The notes beneath the pieces are model-generated. The model was not told the DNA's origin and made no database searches. It was given only the letters and a program-made list of their open reading frames with translations. The position numbers and the translations under genes were made by a program. Below are positions 1 through 12,709 of a DNA stretch of 41,860 nucleotides, piece by piece (positions within the stretch are counted from its first letter, which is position 1; every line of letters starts with the position of its first letter). Location of the stretch: the NCBI RefSeq assembly GCF_001194135.2, contig NC_069006.1, positions 12,832,544 to 12,874,403 of the forward strand, written 5' to 3'. The stretch comes from Octopus bimaculoides (Eukaryota).

Positions 1-99
1 GATAGATATTCTGATGACTTTTTTCTCAATATTCAATTTCTGTACAACACACCTAACACTATACATACATACATATATTTAAAAAAAAAACAAAAAAAA

Positions 100-423
100 C
101 AGGGACCCCGTCGCTTACGACGACGAGGGTCCCAGTTGATCCGATCAACGGAATAGCTTGATCGTAAGATTAACGTAAAAGTGGCTGAGCACTCCACAGA
201 CACACGTACCTCTTCACATGCTTCTCAAGGAGATTCAGCGTGACACAGAGTCTGACACGGCTGGCCCCTTGAAATACAAGTACTACTCATTTTTGCCAGC
301 TGAGTGGACTGGGGCAACGTGAAATAAAGTGTCTTGTTCAAGGACACAACGCATCACCGGGAATCGAACTCGCAATCCTGCGATCGCGAGCCGAATACCC
401 TAACCACTAATCCACGCACCTCC
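100..423 (-). mobile_element. tRNA-derived SINE with CORE-like central domain
   Basis: Minus strand reads GGTGCGTGGATTAGTGGTTAGG (box A) ... GAGTTCGATTCCC (box B), then GTGTCCTTGAACAAGACACTTTA (CORE-like) and a LINE-like tail. Resembles octopus OR-type SINEs from memory. Confidence 0.75.
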
Positions 424-619
424 ACATACATACATACATACATACATACATACACAGTGCGTGCGTATGTCAGGTACACATGTATGAACGTACGTACATA
501 TTTGCATGCATACATACATATATGTATGTAAATATATACGCATGGTTCTGTCTATGTATATAAATGTATATGAATGTATGTTTGTGTATGTATGTGTGTT
601 CATGTGTATGAAGCTATGT

Positions 620-826
620 ATGTTTGGATAACTGGTACTGGCGCCATGTAAAAGCACCCTGTATACTCTGTAAAGTGGTCAGTGTTTGGAAGCACACTCC
701 GCTGTAGAAACCAAGTCCAAACAGACAATGGAACCGGGAGCGGCCCCTGGCCTGGGCAGCTCCTGTCAAATTATCCAGTCCATGCCAGCATAGAAAACGG
801 ACATTCAATGATGATGATGATGATGT
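620..826 (+). mobile_element. 5'-truncated SINE/RTE-type 3' tail ending in (ATG)n
   Basis: Homologous to the reverse complement of 40494-40654; ends AAACGGACATTCA-ATGATGATGATG. Confidence 0.7.
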
Positions 827-1284
827 GGGCACACACACATACGTGCGCGCGCGCGCGAACACATACACATGTGTATGTATGTATGTACGTGGATTTATGT
901 ATATATGTATGTGTGCATATATACATAAATTTAATTCTAAAAAAGCGTAAAACAAATTATCTTAAACGTTTTAATGTCATCAATAATTAACATGGAAGCA
1001 CCTGTTTGCATAAACATGTGTTCATTCACACATGCACAGTCATTTGGATGTGCGGGTGTGTGTGTGTGTGTGTGTGAGCGCTCACGTTTTAAACTAAGCT
1101 TATTATATATAATGTATGTATACATTTAACAACATATGTGCCTGCATATATAATGCATTACATTAACATTTTAACATTCATTTGCATCACAAGCATTAAA
1201 GCCCAAAACATACATATGTATGCATGCATACTGCTGTCAGCAAACACACATATTGAAGTGTTTTCTCTCGCTCCCTTCCTATAT

Positions 1285-1500
1285 CTCTTTTACTCTTTTA
1301 CTTGTTTCAGCCATTTGACTGTGGCCATGCTGGAGCACCACCTTTAGTCGAACAAATCGATCCCAGGACTTCTTCTTTGTAAACCTAGTACTTATTTTAT
1401 CGGTCTTTAATGCCGAACCGCGAAGTTACGGGGATGTGAACACACCAGCATTAGTTGTCAAGCGATGTTGGGTGGACAAACACAGACACACAAACATATA
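1285..1500 (-). mobile_element. SINE family C, 3' half (runs into microsatellite and gap)
   Basis: TTTGACTGTGGCCATGCTGGAGCACC...GTCAAGCGATGTTGGG is shared with 8209-8410, 38575-38795 and 38880-39265. Confidence 0.85.
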
Positions 1501-2197
1501 CACATACATACATACATACATATATACATACATATATATATATATATATGTGTATGTATATATATATATATATATATATNNNNNNNNNNNNNNNNNNNNN
1601 NNNNNNNNNNNNNNNNNNNNNNNNNNNNNNNNNNNNNNNNNNNNNNNNNNNNNNNNNNNNNNNNNNNNNNNNNNNNNNNNNNNNNNNNNNNNNNNNNNNN
1701 NNNNNNNNNNNNNNNNNNNNNNNNNNNNNNNNNNNNNNNNNNNNNNNNNNNNNNNNNNNNNNNNNNNNNNNNNNNNNNNNNNNNNNNNNNNNNNNNNNNN
1801 NNNNNNNNNNNNNNNNNNNNNNNNNNNNNNNNNNNNNNNNNNNNNNNNNNNNNNNNNNNNNNNNNNNNNNNNNNNNNNNNNNNNNNNNNNNNNNNNNNNN
1901 NNNNNNNNNNNNNNNNNNNNNNNNNNNNNNNNNNNNNNNNNNNNNNNNNNNNNNNNNNNNNNNNNNNNNNNNNNNNNNNNNNNNNNNNNNNNNNNNNNNN
2001 NNNNNNNNNNNNNNNNNNNNNNNNNNNNNNNNNNNNNNNNNNNNNNNNNNNNNNNNNNNNNNNNNNNNNNNNNNNNNNNNNNNNNNNNNNNNNNNNNNNN
2101 NNNNNNNNNNNNNNNNNNNNNNNNNNNNNNNNNNNNNNNNNNNNNNNNNNNNNNNNNNNNNNNNNNNNNNNNNNNNNNNNNNNNNNNNNNNNNNNNN

Positions 2198-2276
<79 letters not shown>

Positions 2277-2299
2277 CACACACACACGTACACATATAT

Positions 2300-2650
2300 G
2301 ACAGTCACATTACTACCAAAAAAAAATGGTCTAACGAGTCCTTTTGATGAAAAACCGCACCATACTTAACATGATGTTCCTCCCCAATATACAAACGCCC
2401 TTGTCCCCTGTAGGTTCCACTGTAGCGATTTATTGAGCCTTTTGAATTGAAATGTAGCTTTATCACTCCAGACGGCCTTTATTGGAAAGTGAGTATTTTT
2501 TTACGCGTCTTGCCAAGTACCACTTGCAAAACTGTACTTAAGTCCGGAGTATTTTCATGAGGGGCACAGACTACTCTTGCAATGTAATATTGTCCAATGA
2601 TAACTTCAAAATGTGATTGAAGCTTGATTGCCAACACACATTCTCTTGAA
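2300..2650 (-). mobile_element. Decayed Tc1/mariner transposase fragment (maT/rosa-like)
   Basis: Frameshifted translation gives YIARVVCAPHENTPD, FCKWYLAR, VWSDKATF (first catalytic D), GSINRY, EEHHV and VWCGFSSKGLVRPFFFGSNVT. Confidence 0.8.
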
Positions 2651-2879
2651 TTCCGTTTTAATATGAAAGAATGATGGCGGAATGTTCTTGTGAAATATCT
2701 AGAATATTAGCCAAACAGATTAGAGATAATTATTGTGCCTCATCGAGTAGGAACAGATAATATATACACAAACACACACATCCGTAACATACATACATAC
2801 ATATAGAACACATTATATCTACGCATTGCGTACATTTCATACACACGTACATACATTGCACACACACACACATACACAC

Positions 2880-3120
2880 ACAACTTGTGTCCGAGTATGA
2901 CCAGTTCTTGCAAATTTGTAAGCTTTTTGGATGCTCCCAGAGAAAGAGAGGACAACTTCCATCTGCAAGGTTGTTTGACAGTTTCAGAATGAGGCGATTT
3001 TTGTTTAGACCAACTTTTCTGGATCTTGGTTATCAGGTGGTCAGTTCTATCCCTGGAAAAATCAGTTCTATCCCTGGTAAAGGCCGCTCGGTTACTCAAG
3101 GTATTTCTAAATCTCTCATC
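2880..3120. repeat. Unclassified interspersed repeat with an internal duplication of TCAGTTCTATCCCTGG (21-bp period)
   Basis: Duplication seen at about 3041-3077; repeat identity is from recollection only. The ORFs over it have no recognisable domain. Confidence 0.35.
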
Positions 3121-3409
3121 CCTCAATATGAAAATGAAGCAACCATTATCCCAAGCCGCCAACATGCAAGTTTACAATAACATTTATTCAGCTGGTCAAG
3201 AATGTATGTTCCCCTACTGCCCATTACCAAAAGATTTTGTGAGAGATCTACGGTGTGTTTCCCCTAAAGAGTCCTGTTGTTTGAATTTAAGTCTAGTATA
3301 CACGGAACTGTACTCACTTTTCAAATAAAACAGCCTTCCTCCCGGTGTCCCAACAGGGACCGAGACAATCAGAAACTCCTCAAGTTTTACATATAAAGTA
3401 CCATGTTAC

Positions 3410-3486
3410 CCAATTTGGGCTGTTGCATGGTCGAGAACGGGGTAACCCCGCTAAGTTTGCATGGTGATGAGGGTAATTTAGGGCTT
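3410..3486 (-). CDS. Candidate exon of unidentified gene, 77 nt: (E)ALNYPHHHANLAGLPRSRPCNSPNW
   Basis: Strong acceptor TTATTCTTTTCCTTCTCGCAG, moderate donor TGG|GTAACA; open in the phase-1 frame. Confidence 0.4.
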
Positions 3487-3970
3487 CTGCGAGAAGGAAA
3501 AGAATAACTGTCAATGGGTGGATGAACTAAGAGGAGCCAATGATCATCCAGTGATGGGGTGTGCAAGGCCAGAAATAATCATGGATGGAAACTAGTGCAC
3601 CTTAAGACCACCTTGAAGTGAGTGTATTAAATGGTGACAGAGAGAGATGGACACACAGACAGGCAGGCACACACACACACACGTATTTATACATGAATGA
3701 ACCCTTTGTTGCTGTTGACGATGATTATTGCTGAATCAAGTGAATTACTTGTCAGTGGCTGTGTATACCACAGACACGTATATTCTTAACAACAGAATCG
3801 ACTTATCACATTGTAATAATTCACTCAAAGGCTTCGACGTAGAGTAACCGGTAGACGGAAACTAACAGAACTTCCATCTACCCAAAGCTACGTTAAAACG
3901 CACGCGACCATAATATCAGGCATTGGGATCGAACCAACACCACATGGTTGCGAAATGAATCACAATTTCG

Positions 3971-4009
<39 letters not shown>

Positions 4010-4125
4010 CATTAAGGTTTATGATGATCAATTATATTTATGTACATAAGTTATCATAAATTTTAATGAGTGTATATAACATACACACACACATATATAT
4101 ATATACAGATATATATATATATAGA

Positions 4126-4163
<38 letters not shown>

Positions 4164-4776
4164 TATTCATTCAATCATACACATACACACGCACACATTA
4201 AAATTTATGGTCTTTAAGTAATTTTAAATATTTTATACATGAATACATACAAAAAAAGTATACACACGTATGCATATANNNNNNNNNNNNNNNNNNNNNN
4301 NNNNNNNNNNNNNNNNNNNNNNNNNNNNNNNNNNNNNNNNNNNNNNNNNNNNNNNNNNNNNNNNNNNNNNNNNNNNNNNNNNNNNNNNNNNNNNNNNATA
4401 TATATATATATATATAATTTATAACGATTATACAATTATATGAATAAATCAATAAATATATAATATACATAAAAATTTATAGTGACAACACAATTATATG
4501 AATAAATACATATATACACACACATATATATACACATAAAAATTTATAATTAATTATATACATACACACACATACACGCAGATATATACACCTAAGGATA
4601 CATATTACATTTGAACTGTCACATGTTGTCCAACAACAACGACGAAGTATCCAGAAATAATTGAAAATCAACGCAAACAAAAAAAGGCGTTGAACGAGAG
4701 AAATAAAATGTGAATGATATTCTAGTAATTGTCTTGTGTGACATAGAAGACGGAAAATAGAATAACAGGGTTACTA

Positions 4777-4940
4777 CCGTATTTTAACGTGTATAAGGAA
4801 CCCCTAATTTGGGGGGCTTCAATTTAAAAAAAAAAAAAGGTTCTGTAAGGGATTATAATACTACCCATGTATAAGAAACTCCCATATCTTTTAACCTAAT
4901 TTTCGACAAAAAGGGGTTTCTTATACGCGCTGAAATACGG
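4777..4940. mobile_element. pogo/Tigger-like Tc1/mariner MITE
   Basis: 28-bp TIRs CCGTATTTTAACGTGTATAAGGAACCCC and CCGTATTTCAGCGCGTATAAGAAACCCC (right TIR, reverse complement); TA on both sides (4775-4776, 4941-4942). Confidence 0.85.
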
Positions 4941-5293
4941 TAATTAAAATAAAGGCATTGCACGTTATAATCCTTAACCTTTTGAGTTCAAACGAAGCCA
5001 ATGTCAACTTTGCCTTTCTTCCCTTCCAGGGGTCGATACTCTTTTAAATATAGCTGTCGAGTCATGGGGCCGACATAAGAAACTTTTCCCTTCATATCCC
5101 ACCACTCCCATAATGAAATATTAGTAATAGAGTTCATTTGAGGGAGATCTGGTTGCTATTTCTAGAAGTCAGATCTTCCTTGCTTAGACTTTAACATGAT
5201 GTAATTGTTGTAGCTGATATTGTTGGTCGACAGACCTATGGCCAATACCATTATGGCTAATAAGGGTTTTATAGGAATTACATCGTTAATTAC

Positions 5294-5308
5294 CTTCAGG
5301 TTGATAAC
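5294..5308 (-). CDS. Candidate 15-nt microexon (G)YQPE
   Basis: TTAACTATTTTCCCACTCAGTAG|GTTATCAACCTGAAG|GTAATT; phase 1-1 and in frame with the neighbouring candidates. Confidence 0.3.
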
Positions 5309-5779
5309 CTACTGAGTGGGAAAATAGTTAATAAACACAATAACTAATACACGTGTGTGTTCATATACAATAAACAGGCACGGTGGAGTGAGGTGGGTAA
5401 GGAGACCGAATTGCTGCCACGTTGTTTCGAGTTTGGTTCCACCGTATGTGCAAATGTCTTTTACTATGGTTTTCCATTCACTAATATCTTGTGACAAAAA
5501 CTGAAATGGTAGCATCTCTCTCTCTCTCTGTATGTATGTATATANNNNNNNNNNNNNNNNNNNNNNNNNNNNNNNNNNNNNNNNNNNNNNNNNNNNNNNN
5601 NNNNNNNNNNNNNNNNNNNNNNNNNNNNNNNNNNNNNNNNNNNNNNNNNNNNNNNNNNNNNNNNNNNNNNNNNNNNNNNNNNNNNNNNNNNNNNNNNNNN
5701 NNNNNNNNNNNNNTATATATGATGTGAAGATCCTTTCGGCTTTAATAAAAAGGAAATATATTTCATCATGTTGAACCGT

Positions 5780-5968
5780 TAACCCCTACACATTTTTCTC
5801 TTTCTCGGTTTTTTTCTTTCTCTCTCCATTTTCTCCTCTCAACTCTTTCTGTCGAAGAGCGTAGGCTCGAAATGTCAGAGTTTTCCATTCTTCTCAAGCG
5901 TCAAACTAATACACCAGCCTGTTGTTCCCTCACCTATCTTCGTCTTTTGTTTTCTATAAATTTGAACT
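5780..5968 (+). mobile_element. Penelope-like pLTR remnant with degenerate hammerhead-like motif (5845-5880)
   Basis: CTGTCGA-A-GAGC-GTAG-GCTC-GAAA-TGTC-AGAG in a pyrimidine-rich block next to microsatellite. Confidence 0.5.
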
Positions 5969-8208
5969 GTGTGTGTGTGTGTGTACGTACACACATGCCC
6001 ACATCATCCTGTGACGCACTTAGACACATCATCAGTGAATTTTCCTAGGGTCCTTTGTTGTTTCAGGTCTTTCAACAGACACCTTCACTCAAGCGACCCT
6101 GTCGGGATTGAGCCAAGCCACAGCTTGTGTCCAATTAACGCTACTCATAGTAGCACTGCCCGCTTCTAGGGTTCACACCTTCTGATCCACAGACACCTCG
6201 AGGCAAAGTATATATAACTGTGTGGGTTTGTGTCTTTCCAGTTCAATTCGTGTCGTCGAGACGTCGTTGTGGCATGCGACATGTATGCATGCATAGGCAA
6301 ACAGACTGACAAATAGGCAGATAGATATAAACAACAAAAAAGAAGCCTGACTATGAAGCAGTGCGTCAAGCACACGGCGCAGCATGCTCGCGACTGTAGT
6401 GTTGTACATGCGTGGTCCTTCTGCTTCAGTCAAGTAGAAACTACACGCCAAGTCAGTGATTGAATGGTTAGCGTAGTTGGGGATCTGATGCAAGTTAAAC
6501 AGAGAAGCTCGATTTGAAATTGAGAAAAGCTTTAACAGTGAGTTCAGATTCAGGTGAACAAATGTAAACAAATTTTTAATCTGTGGGTGGCTCAGCAATG
6601 AGGGAGTGGTCTGGCTAGTTTCGAGTCTAAGTCATCATCAGTGCCCACATGACACCTGGTCATGCAATCAGATGGAGCTCATATTTACAGTGTGTAAGAC
6701 TTCACCACTCGCGCACACACACATGTAAGTAGATAAATTAAAAAAGACATAGATAGGCATGGCTGTGTGGTCAAGATGTCTGATTCGCAATTACATGGAT
6801 CTGGCTTCGTTTCTGCTGCACAGCATGTTGGGTAATTGTCATGGTTGAAATTTGGTAGCCGCAAAATGTGTGCCAGCCCTTCGGGGAGAGGATTCCAGCC
6901 TTTGGGTGGATGACTGAAATGCGTCTAACCAAACCACCTGGCACTTAGACGTCTTTAGTATAGTAAATCCTGTTTGTAACCTGTCAAGTCATAAGACGTG
7001 CATAAGTTCCTGTCTGCTTTTTTCCAATAACGAGGCCAGGTAAAATGTCCTCAGTGACACTATTTCCCCTGAGACTCACGTAAGCCATTTTATAAGAATA
7101 AAGTAAATAAACAGAATATCTTTAAAGAAATCTTTTGAGGCAGAAAATTAATTCGCAATTTTTTTTTTTTTTTTTTCAAATTTACTTATATTTTTTCTTT
7201 TTAATATTTTTGTAATTATAATATTCAGTGGAGCAAGAAAATTAGACACAATACATTCGATACTGTTTGAAATAGAAATATAAAATAAACTGTAAGACTG
7301 ACGGTGACGATAGTAGTNNNNNNNNNNNNNNNNNNNNNNNNNNNNNNNNNNNNNNNNNNNNNNNNNNNNNNNNNNNNNNNNNNNNNNNNNNNNNNNNNNN
7401 NNNNNNNNNNNNNNNNNNNNNNNNNNNNNNNNNNNNNNNNNNNNNNNNNNNNNNNNNNNNNNNNNNNNNNNNNNNNNNNNNNNNNNNNNGTGGTGGTGGT
7501 GGTGGTGGTTGTGGTGGTAGTGGGGGTGGGGGGTTGCTGCTGCTGCTGATGATGATAAAGGAAAACAAATTATTGTAAAGCGAAAACTAACTTTATTGAA
7601 ATCCCGTCCGTTTTACCTCGGAAATTAAATGATTTAAATTTTCATTTAAAAACAGAGTCATCGTCGTGGGGCTTAATTTCACATTAATATGCAATGAGAA
7701 GCAGATATGTACCCACACTCACTCAGACAAACAATACATTCACAAACCATTATTGAAACACACTACGGTGAATGTCGATATACATATTTGCATGCATGCA
7801 TACACGCGTGCATAGTGACCGGAGACAGAAAAGAAACCATACAGTTGTTTTTGAAATTAGCCGCCCAGCTGATGTCAAGATAACGTTAAAAGGTTAGTGA
7901 AAAAAGAAAACACCAATGGCAAACTGATGAAAAATCTGGACTGTAATTGTAAATTTCTAGCAATAATTCTTGGAGCACTTGGCTACGTGAAATACTGCCT
8001 CTGTACCTATCTTCAGAAGTTGAAATTCACAAAACCAGAAAAAAAACATCACTAATCAAGAGATTACAGCTGTAAATAGTCAAAGGTACTGTCAAAATAT
8101 GTAAAACATTCGGGAAGTTTAGCAAAAAATACTAAGATCCATAAATACAATAACATCTATGCTTGAACCTATTTATACGTATGCACACATATGCATACAT
8201 GTGTACAT

Positions 8209-8410
8209 ACTCTTTTACTCTTTTATTTGTTTCAGTCACTTGACTGCGGTCATGCTGGAGCACCGCCTTTAGTCGAGTAAATCGACTCCAGGACTTATTC
8301 TTTGTAAGCCTAGTACTTATTCTATCGGTCTCTTTTGCCGAACCGCTAAGTTACGGGGATGTAAACACACCAGCATCAGTTGTCAAGCGATGTTGGGGGG
8401 GACAAACACA
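8209..8410 (-). mobile_element. SINE family C, 3' half
   Basis: Close match to 1285-1500 and 38575-38795. Confidence 0.85.
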
Positions 8411-9873
8411 NNNNNNNNNNNNNNNNNNNNNNNNNNNNNNNNNNNNNNNNNNNNNNNNNNNNNNNNNNNNNNNNNNNNNNNNNNNNNNNNNNNNNNNNNN
8501 NNNNNNNNNNNNNNNNNNNNNNNNNNNNNNNNNNNNNNNNNNNNNNNNNNNNNNNNNNNNNNNNNNNNNNNNNNNNNNNNNNNNNNNNNNNNNNNNNNNN
8601 NNNNNNNNNNNNNNNNNNNNNNNNNNNNNNNNNNNNNNNNNNNNNNNNNNNNNNNNNNNNNNNNNNNNNNNNNNNNNNNNNNNNNNNNNNNNNNNNNNNN
8701 NNNNNNNNNNNNNNNNNNNNNNNNNNNNNNNNNNNNNNNNNNNNNNNNNNNNNNNNNNNNNNNNNNNNNNNNNNNNNNNNNNNNNNNNNNNNNNNNNNNN
8801 NNNNNNNNNNNNNNNNNNNNNNNNNNNNNNNNNNNNNNNNNNNNNNNNNNNNNNNNNNNNNNNNNNNNNNNNNNNNNNNNNNNNNNNNNNNNNNNNNNNN
8901 NNNNNNNNNNNNNNNNNNNNNNNNNNNNNNNNNNNATGTGAGTGCATAGTCTCTTATTTCTTTAATTATTTCTAACTATACATTCTCATGAATTGTGGAA
9001 ACAAAATAAGAAAGCGTTGAGATTTTGTTAGAGCACTAGCGTAGCTAGAGGTGGGGAGAGCAGTCTGCCCCAGGCGGCACTTTTTACTTGTTATTAATGG
9101 AGCACATTGTGAGAGGATCACAGAAGTAGCGTAGGAGCAATGGAAAAAATAATTCGTAGTATTTCTTCCAGCTCTTTACGACCGGAGTTCAAATCCAGCC
9201 GCAGCCATTTCATCCTTTCAGGGTCGATAAAATAAATTATTATTATTACAGCAACAGCAAAATATTACAGATTTCTTATAGAATTGTGTACCAATTAACA
9301 AAAATAATTTTATCACAAATATATTTTTATCTTTAAAAAAATAGAGAGCGAAAATAGTAAACGAAAACGGTCAAGCAAAAAAAAAACACATAAAATATCG
9401 GCTTATCGATTCACACGCCAGGTTGGTAACATTGTATTTTATTAATGTTCCAAATAATTCTTTACTGAGTCAACTAAAGACACACCATACATAAAACTGT
9501 CTGAGTCAATTGATTGTCTATGCATTGGTGAAGATAGGAGTGTGTGTTTTTACTTCCTTCTATAACGGAGTATCAAATGTCAAGATTACAAAGCAATAGT
9601 ACTTATAAAACCTGTTCGTATAGTAATATAGGGCAATAGTTCAGTCGAGGGAGCACCCAACTAGCAGACAGTGGTTCGCATCTTGTCCAGAACAGTTTAA
9701 AACAAAACGTCACCGCGTGAGAGACAGACGACTATTGTAAAACGGCCTAATGTATTTTGTTTAGTTCTGGAGTCGTAAATTTCTGGGATGTTACCATGTA
9801 TATTTCTACATGGATTATACAACCAATAAATAAAACGAAGACTTGCATTATAACTAAAAGCATTCTAACCAAC

Positions 9874-9930
9874 CTAGGTCTTTCATTAATCGAGTAGTAA
9901 GGAATGTGTCCAAAAGGTTATCACAGTTAT
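9874..9930 (-). CDS. Candidate exon, 57 nt: (D)NCDNLLDTFLTTRLMKDL
   Basis: Acceptor TACTTTTTTATTTGCAG, donor CTAG|GTTGGT; phase 1-1 and open. Confidence 0.45.
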
Positions 9931-10289
9931 CTGCAAATAAAAAAGTATTCAATGATAATGCTTGGTACTACAACGAAAACCTTGAGCAGATGATATGAGA
10001 AGGTTTCTTATATAACTATCGATAGGGACCTTATCTAATAGTTATAGAAATAGAGATCGAAGGAATAACAGTACATGGATGTGTTTGGGGACGCGGGTAG
10101 GAAGATTAGAAATAACTCTAATACTTACAAAATAATAATTATCCAACCAGGAACTTTAATATTACAATTAATAAGAAGAAATTTCGCATATCTAGTATGT
10201 AATATGAACAGTTGCTGAATAAATTGGATTGAGGAGGCGAGCAATTGTAATAATAATAATAGATATACGTGAGGAGAGCGGGCTAGGCA

Positions 10290-10458
10290 ACTTCACCAAC
10301 CCCAGTACTTTGTTGGTACTTTATAAATACCAGTCAGTAAAAGTCGACCGCGAAAAGATTGTCCTTGGACGGTATTTGAGCTTAGAATGAAAAGAGCCGA
10401 AGAAATGTCGTTACGCATATTGTCCGACACACTAACTATTCTGCCAGCTTCTTGCCTT
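10290..10458 (-). mobile_element. Degenerate SINE family A
   Basis: Ends TTCTGCCAGCTTCTTGCCTT, the reverse complement of the family A head. Confidence 0.6.
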
Positions 10459-10494
10459 AATAAAAACAGATCAACAAATAATGCATATCATTAT

Positions 10495-10641
10495 CTTTTA
10501 TTTGTTTCGGTCGTCAGACTGCGGTCATGCTGGGGCACCGCTGTGAAGAGTTTTCAGTCGAATGGCTCGACTCCAATACTATTTTTTTATATAATACCTG
10601 GTACTTATTCAATCGGTCTAATTTGCCGAAATGCTAAATTA
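10495..10641 (-). mobile_element. SINE family C, 3' part
   Basis: GACTGCGGTCATGCTGGGGCACCGC...ATCGGTCT...GCCGAA. Confidence 0.75.
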
Positions 10642-11061
10642 NNNNNNNNNNNNNNNNNNNNNNNNNNNNNNNNNNNNNNNNNNNNNNNNNNNNNNNNNNN
10701 NNNNNNNNNNNNNNNNNNNNNNNNNNNNNNNNNNNNNNNNNNNNNNNNNNNNNNNNNNNNNNNNNNNNNNNNNNNNNNNNNNNNNNNNNNNNNNNNNNNN
10801 NNNNNNNNNNNNNNNNNNNNNNNNNNNNNNNNNNNNNNNNNNNNNNNNNNNNNNNNNNNNNNNNNNNNNNNNNNNNNNNNNNNNNNNNNNNNNNNNNNNN
10901 NNNNNNNNNNNNNNNNNNNNNNNNNNNNNNNNNNNNNNNNNNNNNNNNNNNNNNNNNNNNNNNNNNNNNNNNNNNNNNNNNNNNNNNNNNNNNNNNNNNN
11001 NNNNNNNNNNNNNNNNNNNNNNNNNNNNNNNNNNNNNNNNNNNNNNNNNNNNNNNNNNNNN

Positions 11062-11106
<45 letters not shown>

Positions 11107-11209
11107 TATATATATATATGAGTGTGTGTGCGTGTATGAATGTATAAATCTGTATATATGTGTTTTCAAAAATATGTGAGTACGTATATGTATACGTGTG
11201 TACGCGGAT

Positions 11210-11248
<39 letters not shown>

Positions 11249-11608
11249 CGTGCGCGCGCACTGCGACTACGTAAGGGTATATTTATTTATGGAATGGCGA
11301 CATTGTCTCTGACTAAATCGGGTGCGACCAGCCAAGCATGATGCATTCGTCTCTGAATCTCGATCATAAATTTAATTCCTGAAATTAGAAACCTTTCTGT
11401 TCAAACTCGTTGCTCTTTTACAGTCTTCTCTGATAACAATTCTTTGCAGAATGGGATCACCTGGTGCATGTGTAAATGCAAACATAACCTTTTCCTCTAA
11501 TAAATATTCAAGTTTATTGAATGAGTCTGAGAGGTTTTCATGCAGTTCCTTTGATTAAAACAGTTGTAATCTAAGAAATTTAATTATGTAAATTCGTGTT
11601 TATAATTT

Positions 11609-11656
11609 GCGAGCTGGCAGAATCGTTAGCACGCCGGGCGAAATGCTTAGCGGTAT
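11609..11656 (+). mobile_element. Isolated head of SINE family A
   Basis: GCGAGCTGGCAGAATCGTTAGCACGCCGGGCGAAATGCTTAGCGGTAT; the overlapping part matches the 28480 copy. Confidence 0.85.
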
Positions 11657-12515
11657 AACGGCTCTGTGAATTATTGTGAATTATTGTGAATACTGTTGTG
11701 TTACTTTGTGAAAAACTGTCTCGGTAAATAATTGTGATTTTTGTGGAATTAGTACGGTTACGTTTCACGCGAGCTGCTGCATTTTTCCCAGCTATGGCAA
11801 GTGGTAGTGTCTCCAGTATGGAGAGCTACGCCAAGGCCACTGCGGCGAGGAAGTCAGTGCCGCTAGAAACCAAGTTAATCAAGTTGGAAATAGAGGAGGT
11901 GACCAGAAGCAGGAATTTGATAGAAGTTGAGGGAGACTCATGCAAATTGTGCCCCCCAAAAGAGACTAAAGAAAACAAAATTCTGAAGACAGATATGTAT
12001 CGTACACAGGCTGTCGAAACCTGTAAAATTGAAATGGTGACGGAAGAGGAAATCGAGGAGTGCCTGGGTGAAATTGTCAATGAAGCCACGTACATCAACA
12101 GAGGAAGAAAGTTCGGTACGGTAGAGTTGAGGTTCGCCACTATAGAAGAGGCAACCAAGCATGCGACCAACATTTTAAGAAGTGCAAAAATAGTATTGCT
12201 ACCAAGTTATAGAGGAAGAAGAAGTGTGAAAATACGTATTCCCAGAGTTACACCAGAAATTAAACCAGAGTGGTTGGTCGCAACAGTGCTGGCTGCAACC
12301 AAGGAGGAGCCGGAATTGGGACCAGTGGCGAAATCAAAAGTGCGCAAATGGTGGGGTTAGTGTTGAGGTTGACTTGCTGCCTAAAACCCCAACTTCAATT
12401 GCTACAACAAAAAACAGGGACGTTTTGGCTGCCTGATGAATATTGGCTCTAGGCAGTGTTTCAGTTGAGAAGGTACGTGTATGATAGACTAAAATGGTAG
12501 ACAGGCAAACAACAT
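11657..12515 (+). mobile_element. L1/Tx1-clade retrotransposon 5' fragment (5'UTR plus ORF1, ATG at 11794, open to 12360 then frameshifted)
   Basis: MASGSVSSMESYAKATAA...RGRKFGTVELRFATIEEA...VKIRIPRVTPEIKPEWLV resembles RRM-type ORF1 proteins; no ORF2 follows. Confidence 0.7.
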
Positions 12516-12709
12516 TAAATTGCGGCCAATCTGGGGCACTGCTACCCCATTGCTGGTACATCATTACTTTCTATTAGGTTCTGTTCTCATTCTTCCTCCG
12601 ATGATGAAACAGATCGCAACTATAATGTTATATACTTCGTTTTTGCATCTGGCTTGCAAGATTCTTTATGTGAATTCATGTCTTGACTTGTTACAAAAGT
12701 ATAACTCAC

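Noticed and set aside
3410-9930. Resemblance of MKDLG...YPHHHANLAG to vertebrate 7B2 (MEQLG...YPAHQAMNLVG)
   Set aside because: Short match; invertebrate 7B2 proteins as I recall lack this segment and no PPNPCP motif is visible, so no name was assigned.
12520-12545. Apparent zinc knuckle (NCGQSG) at the end of the Tx1 ORF1
   Set aside because: The bases belong to an antisense SINE C tail variant.
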